NCBI RefSeq assembly: GCF_036971445.1
Contig: NC_091469.1
Coordinates: 212,660,001-212,724,000 of the forward strand
DNA from: Narcine bancroftii
Lineage: Eukaryota
Direction of reading: 5' to 3'
Length of the DNA: 64,000 nt
The position numbers were made by a program, and so were the translations under genes. Below the pieces are notes generated by a model, which was given only the letters and a program-made list of their open reading frames with translations, was not told the DNA's origin and searched no databases. Below are positions 53,470 to 64,000 of the stretch, in pieces (position 1 is the stretch's first letter; every line of letters begins with the position of its first letter).

Positions 53470-53630
53470 CCCCTCTCCACCCCAGCACCCTGCTGCCCCA
53501 GCCAGTCCCTCTCCCCCTCTCCACCCCAGCACCCTGCTGCCCCAGCCAGTCCCTCTCCCCCTCTCCACCCCAACACCCTGCTGCCCCAGCCAGTCCCTCT
53601 CCACCCCTGCTGCCCCAGCCAGCCCCTAAC
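53470..53630. repeat. 44-bp C-rich tandem repeat (about 3.5 units) in the J-CH1 intron
   Basis: CCCTCTCCACCCCAGCACCCTGCTGCCCCAGCCAGTCCCTCTCC at 53471, 53515 and 53559. Confidence 0.85.
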
Positions 53631-55719
53631 CCCTCTGTAGCTGACTCCCTGCAGCCAGTTTGATTTGTTTTACAAGTTCACTTCCTTACCACCATTGGGA
53701 ACACTGATCCAAATTAAACTGCACTTAACATCTGCAGGTCCAGCCATGAAAAAGATCCTCAGATGCAAATCCCACTGACTATCACTGTGCCTCTTCTACT
53801 GGAGAGACTCGGCAGCTCTAGGACTCTCTGTGGGGAGAAGAGGCACAGGGATTATGTTTCACATTAATGTCCTTTCATTAATCTCCTTCGGTCAGATTTT
53901 GACATCCAGCCTCTTCATTTTTATTTTTATTTGGTGGAAGCTATTTTGTGTTCTTCATTGACTTTCACATCCCCAGAACATCACAAACTATTCCTCAACC
54001 CATGAGGTGCAGACACATTGTACACAACTTTTCTGCAGCTTGTTCCCACAAACAGAATCAGCAAAAAGTCCAGAAGGTCTGCTTTAGTGAGGACTGACAT
54101 CAATGAAGAGCAGTGAGGTTCCTCAGATTGGAGCTGATCATCCTTTATTTGAATGGCTGAGGATCCCCTGGATCAGACAGTTCTGTCAGTGAGTGGCAGT
54201 TCCAAAGGGAGCCCACAGCATCCAGCCACATGTGCTGCAGTCAATTCTGCACATGCACAGCCCCACTGTACAGGGTTCACTGAGTTGTAGATGCCACTAG
54301 GCCATTCACCACACTCCACCACATAGAGCCAGGCCTTGCTGGACTCCCCAGGATTAGACCAAGGATTCCAACACAATGATTCCTGACCAGGCTGTGCCTG
54401 GCAAAAGCTCACAGTCCCCATTCATTTGAGGACTCTTGGCCTGAAGATTATGGGCACTGAAGGATTTCTGGGTACGTTTTATGATTTTAATGCCCTGTAG
54501 ATTGCTGATTTTGAACAAAAATTTTAAAGTGCCTTTTGAGGCAGAATTTATGCCTGTTTTAATGTTTTGGATTCATTTCAAATTTATGTGACAGCTCTGA
54601 CAGCTCAGGTTTGCCTTGTGTCAGGGTATTCTGAGCCAAGTGACCCAGCATTGCGACCACACGGTGCTGAGGTCTCGGTGCTCCTCATCACTGTTCTCCA
54701 ACATCCAGAGGCCCAGCCAAGTCCCACGTTTTTGCTGTGTGGCAGGTTGAAGTGAGATCCCAGTAGCAGGTCAAAACTAGCACCATTTAGCCCGTTGAGT
54801 GTGGTTATAGTGCAGCTGGCACTGTACCACCTGCCTCCTGTCCTGTGACACTTCACCACAACAGAGGCCAGGTTTGCCCTGCTGTTCTTGACAAGTTCCC
54901 TCCCAACAACCAGTCTGAGTTCTGCATGGCACGGAACAAGTTCCCTCCCAACAGCCAGTCTGAGTTCTGCATGACACGGATTGCTTCAAGCAGACTGATA
55001 AGAATTATTAAAAAGGCAATTTCCCAGCTCTGTCCTTACTTCTGAATCAGTGATAGAAACAGTGTGCTTTTTGGGTTCTGACCGTGATCCTTGAAAATGG
55101 TTCATAAAGGTGTGGCTGGAATTATTTACCATTCCCTTCAATCATGCCCATTGCTATTTGCTTGATTAACTCTTCTATTTGAATGGGCTCAGGGAACACT
55201 GGTTGCCCTTTACTTCTTATCACTGCTGAGTTTCTCCTGGCTTTTGTGTCCAGCAGTTCAACATTTCATCTTCTACTGAAAGAAGCTGTTGTGAAGTAAA
55301 TATTTTGTCATCTTATTTTCCACCTGATTTGAAATCTTGACCGTCCCATTACTTGTTCTCCAAAGTTTGTTCACTGTCCTTCCAACCACAGAATATACTT
55401 TATCCCCATGTGGGACTGCTGACCATCTCACAGTTCTACAGCAGAGCCCTCATCCACTGCAACTCAAACTGTTTGATGTCTCCTTTCTCATCAGTCTCCT
55501 GCTCTGAGCATTCTCGCAAGTCCTTGTCAATTCACAGGGTCAAAATGAGTGATTTTTAACCTGGTCCACATTGGACGTGTGGCCATTGGTGGAGTCTCAC
55601 AGAGTTAAAGACCAGGAGAACACCCCGAGCATTTCCCCTAGGTAGGATAATCCGTAACCAGAGGATACAGGTTTAAGGTGAGAAGGGTACGTGGATAACT
55701 CTGGAGCCATAGAGATGAA

Positions 55720-55915
55720 GTCAGACAGCACAGTAAAAGCCCCTTCCCACAAGCCTGTGCCAGTCAATTACAACCAATCGACCTACACCCCCAGTACATT
55801 TTGAAGGGTGGGAAACCCACACTGACACAGGGAGAACATACAAACTCCTTACAGACAGTGTCAGATTTGAACCCCACTCGCTGTTGCTGGAACAGGATTG
55901 TGCTGCCACAACATT
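55720..55915 (-). mobile_element. HE1/V-SINE-like SINE in the J-CH1 intron
   Basis: Core GGGAGAACATACAAACTCCTTACAGACAG. Confidence 0.65.
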
Positions 55916-56060
55916 ACTGAGAGATAAAGTGGTGAGCCCTTTGTATAACACAGTAAATGAATTTGGAAAGGGTTGGCTTGATGGATAATAACATGTCCTG
56001 ATTCATCTGTTGGTCATGCTTTTATTGCCAGAACTTTCTGTGAATTTATTTACTTTTCAG

Positions 56061-56363
56061 AGGTTGAGTCGTTGCCATCGGTCTTCATCGCCCCTCCCTG
56101 CCACAGAGAAGCTGACCAAGAGATCAGCCTCCTGTGTCTGGTCAAGGATTATCAGCCTGAGAGCATCATCCAGACATGGTCCACGAGCAGTGGGGACATC
56201 ACCACTGGATTCAAGAAATATCCAGCAGTGTTGGGGCAGAATGCAAAGTACACAATGAGCAGCTTACTCCGAGTCCCTGCGGTGGAATGGAAAAGCAACA
56301 ATGTCTACTCCTGTAAGGCAGGGTACAAACCAGACAAGTTTGTGAAAGAGGATTACATGAAAC
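56061..56363 (+). CDS. IgW: IgW CH1 exon
   Basis: EVESLPSVFIAPPC...SLLCLVKDYQPE..QTWS..KKYPAVLGQNAKYTMSSLLRV..YSCKAGYKPD matches IgW CH1 as I recall it. AG/GT phase-1 boundaries; an extra Cys is available for the light-chain bond. Confidence 0.93.
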
Positions 56364-57362
56364 GTTAGTATGAGATTTGATTTCTGTTTCGAACTACATT
56401 GTGTTGAGGGTTAAAACTTGAGCAGGAACCTTGGTCCAAAATGTACAAAGGTGTCCATTCCTCCTTTTCCTCATTTGTTCAATTCCTACAAGCCAGTGGT
56501 GTCTGCAGCTCACAAAAAAGGCCGTGATATATTGTGTGGAAGCAGATGATGAATGAAGCGTTCTCCTCCAGTCCATGAACCTGAGTTTTAGAGGAAGTTA
56601 CAAGCAGCAATTTGTGCTGAACTGCCTCCTTTATATCCACTCATTGATCTCATTTCAGAAGACTCTCCACCATCCCCACTGCCCGGCCCAAGCATCTCCT
56701 TCCAGATTAGCTCCTTGACACAGAACCAGGCATCGATATTAGCCACCGTTCCTGCACAAGCAACACGAGTTCAACTTTGACCCACTCCGTCCGCACTTTC
56801 CCTCAGTCCTGTCCTGTGTCTGAGTAAAACTCGCACTCCTTATGAAGATGACTGAAGAATCGACATCCCCCACTTGACTTTATCCATCACCTCCCAGATG
56901 TGAACAAATCATTGCATTTAAAAGCAAATCATTTCCTCTTGTCTGCCTGTTCTTCTTTCTCATTAAGCTCAAAACTGTGGTTCCCAAACATCCTGTTCCA
57001 CCCCATCTGCTCATACCCACAGGATCTGCAATCAGCCTTTCCTCTGCATGGTATATTCCACAGAATAATCAGATCACTGATGGTCTGCCCATAGAGGCCA
57101 CTTACTGTTTCATCCCCCTCAACACTGCAGTGTGGGACACACTGCTGGGGAGGCCTGTATCATCCATCTAGATCTCCCAATCAGAGCTCTACCCAATATT
57201 TCACGATAGGATCCAGCCTCTCAACAGATCATCTGTTAATGAACAGAATTGTAGAATGGGCTGACGTTGGGCGACTTGCAGTGGAGGTAGGGATGGAGTC
57301 CACCTACACGGTGGCCAGTTGTATCATCAGTAATATTGCATTAATATTGCATTGTTTTACAG

Positions 57363-57668
57363 CTCAATCTCCAAAGCTCACACCTCTGGCTCCAACCCCA
57401 AAGATTCTTTCCAATCAAACAAATACTATCCTGGGCTGTATGATATCACAATTTACTCCTGATCGGATTCGGGTGACCTGGAAAAAAGCCGGATCAGAGC
57501 AATTGAGCAGTCTTCTCCCTTCCAAGAGGAGACCCGATGGTGCATTTGAAACAGTCACCTACCTGACCGTGTCTGTGGACGAATGGACCAGCAAACAGGA
57601 ATATACTTGTGAAGTGATCCACACACCTTCCAACTTCCATCAGAAGATCACCATGACATATCAAGGGG
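57363..57668 (+). CDS. IgW: IgW CH2 exon
   Basis: PQSPKLTPL..LGCMISQFTPDRIRVTWKK..YTCEVIHTPSNF..MTYQG; C1-set Cys/Trp/Cys; phase-1 AG/GT boundaries. Confidence 0.93.
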
Positions 57669-58314
57669 GTGAGTGGTGTCTGAAGGAGAATTAATTTACT
57701 TGCTGTTTTCAACAAGCTGACCTTCACCCAATTCATGTCCCTGATGTAAGTCCTGTTGAGTGATGCATAATGTCTACATTTCTACCCTTCTACATTTCAA
57801 ACTAACCCTTTCCATCAGTAATTTTAACCCAATCTATTGTACAGGACGGGAAAGTTTGCGTCTCCTCTGGCATTTACTCCCACACAATTCTAGTCACAAC
57901 TGTGGAAGGCAAATGGGACATCAAGCAAGATGCATCCCATCTGAAGAAAATCTCCATCTTCACTTTTAGTCTGTTTCTGGGAAAAATACCTCCAGTTGAG
58001 TGTCAGACTGTGGAGAGTCATTCAATCTCCATGGTAACCTAAGAATCTTCCCAGCACGTCATCCACTCACAAAATTGGATCCTTGTTCAGTTTTCCCCCC
58101 CACCCCCCACCCCAAAAGAAAACTGGAATTATGACTTGTGCCCTTGATTTCTCTGATCCCAGACAAGGTACAACAGGTTTGCATTATCCTGATCTGATAG
58201 GATGCTGAATTCAGAGGATAGAGATCGGGACTGTGTGGAGCTGCTTCGTTTGCCAGTGCAGGAAGTACAGGTGAAATTATCTGATGATTAAACCTATGCA
58301 TCTTCCATTTCCAG

Positions 58315-58439
58315 ATGTAACACCTCCCAGCTGTTCGTGTAAGCCGACATTCTTCTACCAGTCTAATGTCAATGCAACATTCTCTGATGGTACCACCCGA
58401 GCATATCATTGTACACAAGGAAAGTGTCAAATAAAGTGA
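58315..58439 (+). CDS. IgW: IgW-short Cys-rich secretory tail exon (DVTPPSCSCKPTFFYQSNVNATFSDGTTRAYHCTQGKCQIK*)
   Basis: Acceptor TCTTCCATTTCCAG, phase 1 with CH2; 4 Cys and an NAT sequon; resembles the known IgW/IgX short tail (..FSDG....YHC..GKC.IK). Confidence 0.88.
58430..58435 (+). terminator. Polyadenylation signal AATAAA overlapping the last codons of the short secretory tail
   Basis: CAA ATA AAG TGA contains AATAAA; GT/T-rich sequence lies downstream. Confidence 0.6.
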
Positions 58440-60528
58440 TTGGCTGCATGTGGAATTCGTCGTTGAATTTTATTACAATCCATTTGCTGGATTCAAATCT
58501 ATCCCATCAAATCCATTGAAATCAAGGTGCAGTAGAGAAAAAACACCAGTTCAAGCTGCCCCATCTCCCCTCCACACCTCACGTGTACACTCATTTATTT
58601 GTGGACATTGTTGGTTCAGTGAGGTTCAGATCCCAGTCCCACTTCCCTCGACCACAGGTCTAATGCCAGTCAGTGAGAACCAGAAACTACATCTCCGCCA
58701 GTGGCTTGGGGCAGGAGGTGGTGAAGATGCACAGGGGTGAAATGTCACATTGGCTCAGTTACAGCATGTGACAACCTGAAAAAAAGCAGGGCCTGTGACA
58801 AATCAGTAAGACAGGCCACAGGACCCCACCAGTGACCTGTCCTATCTCACTCATGTGTTTGGTGTGTAAGGGATGGACAGCAAACATTTGGAAGCATTCT
58901 GTTCACTCACCTCCTGGGCATTGAACTTAGTCCAAGAGAGAAACTCAGTGATCAGTGCGAATGCCACTGGTGGGAGTGTAATCACCCAAGGATTGAGAGG
59001 ATGCTATTAGTATTTTGCACAAAGGAGAGCTATCCTGACACTGTGAGGATATCTGAGGGGCAGTTGCCTCACACCAGAGATGGCTGAGCATTGGATTGTG
59101 TAATTGATATGGGCCGGCACTGAACAATAACACCACAGTGCTGATTAAATCAATATTCCAAAAGCAATAACCCCCAACAGTGCACATCTCACTTTATAAA
59201 TTTCTGACCTGGACTAACACCATGCATCTGCCATAATTTTTTAATTGCTCAAGTTGTGCTAAAAGAAGGAAGGATTGAGTAAACGACCACATTGTATGTC
59301 ATCAAATTAAATGTGTCCTGTCAGCCAGGCACAGAGTTCATTGCATCTGCTCTAAATTGATCTGAATCTCAAGAAGGTTTCAATCCTGACACTAACATAA
59401 TCACCCTCTGTGAATAGTGTTTGACAGCAAACACAGCCCATGTAGGCCAGTGAGTGATTGTGTAACTGACGTGACGATGGTGCTTGAGGAGACAAATGGC
59501 CCTGCAGAATACAGGGAATGAGTGAATCATCTCTTCGTAGCTCAGTGATTCGGAAATGAAATGCAAAAGTACATCTACTGCAAAATAATAATCCCAAACT
59601 GCTGCACGAGGGAGACTTCTGCTATTCTCCAAATTTAGACTGTGCTCTGTTGTTGCTGGAGAGCAGGTTGTCCTCTACTTTCATTCAAATTGTTCTTTTC
59701 AAATATTAAAACACCTCAGCAACTTCACGAGAGCACAGTCACACAAAACCTATTCAAACCCAGAGGACAGGTGTCCCCAAAGCTCTGTCATAGAGGGGTC
59801 CTATTCATTCACAATTTTGTGCCTCTCATTCAAGATCACTCTTGAACTGAGGGTCCTACTGGACCATTTCTGATGGTGATCGGGGCTTGGCCATGTAACT
59901 GCAGGTCTGGAGTCACATGTGGCCAGACCAGTGATGGATGGCAGATTTCCTCTGCTGACGAACAACAGAGAACCGGATGGGATTTATGACAGCACAAATA
60001 CTTTACAATCCCAACCACCAAAGAGAGCATTTTATTCCAGAATGCATTCATTAAATGAATTCAAACTGAGAGAATCCCAGCCTCAATTTAGACAGACAAT
60101 AGGATTCTCATTGATTCCCAAAGCTCAGTGGAGATAACTGATTCCACGGGGGTTCCATGTAAAGAATATATTGAATTGTCTCTGTTGAGAGGTATGCCCG
60201 CTCCTCTCCTGGCTTCACACAAACCTGTGACTGGCTTTGCCGCTTCGAAATGTTGCTTAGCCTCTTACCACCCATGTAGTCCCTGCTCTGAACCTGGTGG
60301 TCACAGTCTGGGGAAGGCTATAAAACCCATTTGGCAGATCCTTTATACTGAGTTTATTTTCCCAGCCAACACTTGCAGTTTATGCAGCACATCATTCAAC
60401 CCTTGCGTGTTTCTACTATTCTCATTCCAATACACTTCGCCACGATATACTTGGATCTGCTCTGACTTTCCATCACCAACAGAAAATCTTCTGCTACAAT
60501 TCTGACATCTCCCATTTCTGATCCACAG

Positions 60529-60828
60529 AATTGTTTGTCTCGATTCAAAATCCCTCCATTAAAGAGATCTGGATCAACAAAACAGCTACACTGGTGTGCA
60601 CAGTCATCTCTGCTGATCCGAGCAAGGTCTTCATCGCCTGGGAGGTGAACGGGGAGGATAGAAGCGATAAAGCTGTGACCTATCAGCCCACAAAGGAAGG
60701 GTTCCAAAACACAAAAATCAGCCGACTCCAGACCAGCGTGGAGGAGTGGTCCAGTGGGATAGAGTACACGTGCTCTGCCCAAGATCCTTTATCCTCAGCA
60801 GTGTCAGCCCGGACAAAAAGCACCAAAG
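60529..60828 (+). CDS. IgW: IgW CH3 exon
   Basis: ELFVSIQNPSIKEIWINKTATLVC..IAWEVNG..EWSSGIEYTCSAQ; phase-1 boundaries. Confidence 0.92.
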
Positions 60829-60913
60829 GTAGGCAAGAGATCACTGATTAAACCACAAACATCAGTGTCATTACGAGAAGGAGTTCAACATTTTCTTTGC
60901 TCTTGTGTTCCAG

Positions 60914-61231
60914 TTGAGACAAAGCCGCCTGAGGTCAGACTGCTACCTCCACCATACGAAGGGTCCAAGCGGAGGAAGACGGCTACCCTCGAATGTGTGG
61001 TCTCAGAGTTCTACCCAGACCACATTGATGTCACCTGGAAGAAAGGTCGCTCCCTGATCTCCTCCAACACCAGCTCGACACGCACTGCTCTGGAGCAGGC
61101 TGGGACTTTCAGTGCCAGTCACTTCCTGACTGTGAGTTCACAGGAGTGGAAGGCAGGCTCAGTCTTTAGCTGCACAGTGTCTCATCCCTCCTCCAACACC
61201 AGCATCACAAAGGAAGCGAGGAATACCCAAG
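60914..61231 (+). CDS. IgW: IgW CH4 exon
   Basis: VETKPPEVRLLPP..ATLECVVSEFYPDHIDVTWKK..FSCTVSHPSS; follows CH3 after an 85-bp intron. Confidence 0.93.
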
Positions 61232-61992
61232 GTAGGGTCCTGTCCCACTCCATTGTGGACATTGTTTGCTTTATGTTGTACATTATGCCAGACAAGCTCA
61301 ACATGGAAACATGGTGCAGGCCTGTTGTGGTTTTGTGCCTCAACAGATCATCCAGAATCTTGGCCAGAGAAATAAGTGTCTCCCTGAAATTCCTTTCATG
61401 ACTTCTTCCAAATGGTCTTTCTTTCTGTCTTTGAATGTAATCTGAGCCTCTGATCATCGCCTCAGCGGTGACGGAATGTTCAACCGGGCAGCACTCTCTC
61501 TGCTCCAGCCTGGGCAATGTGTAAAAGCCTCTGCAGGATGGCTTGAACACAAAACCTTCTGACAAAGCAGATTTCAGTGCACTTCTTGGAGGCAAAATGC
61601 ATTCTAACAGTTGTGACAAAGATCAAGTATTTCTGATGATTGAATTTTAAAAGTATAAAGGAAAAGTGCTGGAATATTTCTCACCTAAAGTATTAGCTCG
61701 GCTTCCCTGGAGCCCGAAATGTTTGAATTTTCTGTGGATGGCAGCAGCTTCAGTGCCCACGAAAATGTCAAACTGACACCAGAGATAAACTTGTTCATTT
61801 CCATTCCTGAGGAGGGTTTATCCTGTCTGCTCAAGTGGGAAACCTCATTCCTCCACCAACGTAGATAATTCTCGACTGATCTGATGGGACCAACAAATCA
61901 CTTGCTGGAGATGAGCAGGAAATGTTGGTCTCATCAGTGACGCCCCCATCCATTAGGGAAAGGTGAAATAATAATTGTGATGTTTCTCCCAG

Positions 61993-62313
61993 AAGACTGT
62001 CCAGATACCCACCTCTCGGTCACTTTAAGGAAACCTTCTTTCCATGAGATCTGGACGAACAGGACGGCGACCATTCTGTGTGAGGTGGTCCGTGGTAATT
62101 TAGACGGATTCAGGGTAACCTGGCAGGTGCACGGAAGTAAGAGAGAAGACGGGGTGAGAACTCAAGGACCAATCAGAGACGGAGATGAAGACACAATCAT
62201 CAGCAGGCTGGTGGTCCCCGCAACAGAGTGGGAGATTGGGACGGAGTACTTGTGCATTGTGGAGGACAAGAGTTTGCCAACACCAGAGAAGAGGTCCATT
62301 AAGAAGGCCACAG
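61993..62313 (+). CDS. IgW: IgW CH5 exon
   Basis: EDCPDTHLSVTLRKPSFHEIWTNRTATILCEV..VTWQVHG..YLCIVEDKSLPTP; phase-1 boundaries. Confidence 0.92.
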
Positions 62314-63748
62314 GTACGTGAAGAGAGAGTTCAGTGTGAGTCTGATCGTAGCAAGTAGAGGAATGATAATGGTAATAAGGTTTTGTCATCGCCAATGTAC
62401 ATTGTACAGAGGCAAGGCAGATGTCACCATCCAGCAGTGGTGGACTCGGGGGGGGGGGGGGGGGGGGGGAATGAGAGCGGGGTAGGCCATTCACCCCTTC
62501 ATTCCTGCTTAGACATTCAATATGATCACAGCAGATCATTCATACTGCGCCCCCTATTCCTGCCTTCTCTCCATGACCCTTGATCCCTTTACCCTTGGAA
62601 CTATATCTAGCTCATCCTTAAATATATTTAATCATGGGCTTCAACTGCTCTCTGTGGCAGAGAATTCCCCAGGTTTGCTGTTCTCCTGGTGAAGACATTT
62701 TCACTCTTACACCATCTTCAGCATGCCACACTGTTCCTGGATTCTGCCATCTTCAGGAACATTCTTCTAGCTTCAAGTCTGTCCAGTCTTGTTCGGAATG
62801 TTGCTGCTTCCATGAGACTCTCCACATTCGTCTTTGCCCTGTTAAAGGTCTTATGTTGGTCAGAGAATATTAGCCTCCAGGGAAGGGTTCTCCAACATGG
62901 TTAATATCAACCCCTGGGGCATGAAGGGACTATCCAAGGAGTTGATAAATGCCTGGGGATCAAAAGGGGGTTGATAAACACTGGGGGGAGGGGTCAATTG
63001 AACTTTGGGGTCAAAAGCAGGGGCATGTCTACATAAAATATCACGAGAGTGGTACCCATGCTGTAATTGGCTTTGGCAACTTAATAGGTAGTGAGTGAAG
63101 GGGGGATGGGGAAGGGTGGACAGAGTGGAGAAGAAAGAGGTCTACATCAGTGCTGCCACTACCCCTCCCCCGGTCAGAACTGCCTGGATCAAGGATTCCA
63201 TGTAGAGGATGATGGTCTAAAAGGTTTGGGGTCCCTGCTCAGTAAAATCCCAAATCACCATAGAGGCCTCACCCAAGACCACACTAGTTCCTGTGGGGTT
63301 GGTTCCTGTGATGGTGTTGAGGGAGAAGGATCTGCAGCTTTCAAACCGTGAGGGACACACTGAGTCAAGGCAGTGAGTGGAAGGGCAGGGAGGCTGAGGC
63401 ACAGAATGAAGTTTAGAAGATCATTTAATCAAAGGGGGAGATGAACAAACAGCACAGGATGGGGCAAGTCCAGGGTCCAACCCAACTTCTGGGTGTCTGT
63501 GTGATCAATGGCTCCCAGTGAATAAAGTGAACAGATAAACCTCTCTGGAAGCTCCAAAATGTATCTGATTCAAGATTTCCTCCCTGCACATCCCCACAAC
63601 GAGCAGAAATGGAAAAGGCTTTAGTGTCAGGTAAAGTGAAATCCCTCGAGGTGTAGAAGTTGCCCATGTTGGTTTGAAACCGTACTGCGTGGGTTAAGCA
63701 CAGAACTATTGAAAGATGCAGTCTAACTGAGGTTCTCTTTGTTTCTAG

Positions 63749-64000
63749 GTGGAGTTGTGACTTCTCCTCACATCTATCTCCTCCCCCCTTCATCAGATGA
63801 GTTCGAGGCAGATCAGTCTGCGACCCTGATGTGCCTGGTCAACAAGTTCTCTCCTGCAGACATCTATGTGGCCTGGATGGCCAACGACACTCTTCTGAAG
63901 ACTGGATACGTGAACCATCCAGTGACCGAGGACACCAGGAGGGACTGGAACACCATGACTAGTCAGTTGAAGATTTCTCTAGAGGAGTGGAATCGCGGCA
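63749..64000 (+). CDS. IgW: IgW CH6 exon (truncated by the window end)
   Basis: Acceptor TTTGTTTCTAG; GGVVTSPHIYLLPPSSDEFEADQSATLMCLVNKFSPADIYVAWMANDT..SQLKISLEEWNRG is open to the window end; not in the ORF track. Confidence 0.9.

Noticed and set aside
57845-57969. Alternative 125-nt exon with the same length as the secretory tail exon
   Set aside because: No sequence similarity to the tail and a weak acceptor; the length match is probably coincidental.
50568-64000. Assignment as IgNAR or IgM
   Set aside because: V has a full FR2/CDR2 and light-chain contact residues. Six C domains, the CH1 sequence and the Cys-rich tail after CH2 fit IgW.

Overview
Repeat-rich vertebrate genomic DNA, almost certainly from a cartilaginous fish (shark or ray), judged by the cluster-type IgH locus, HE1/V-SINE-like SINEs and abundant CR1 LINEs. 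Positions 1-50 kb are mostly transposon debris: a C2H2 zinc-finger pseudogene, several CR1 LINEs (one nested, younger copy), SINEs, hAT/TcMar MITEs, three solo LTRs, a decayed Gypsy element, an L1-clade insertion with a 5' inversion, and a 4.4-kb satellite containing a 2022-bp duplication. Positions 50.3-64 kb hold an apparently intact, unrearranged IgW heavy-chain cluster on the + strand: leader, VH (23-RSS), a single 6-nt D (12/12-RSS), a very short JH (23-RSS), CH1, CH2, a Cys-rich short secretory tail exon missed by the ORF track, CH3-CH5, and CH6 cut by the window end. The most notable points are the minimal one-D V-D-J architecture with very short CDR3 potential on a CpG island, and two same-family LTR insertions at the same phase of a palindromic 39-bp minisatellite. 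All calls come from reading the sequence and recalled family knowledge; no database search was run.
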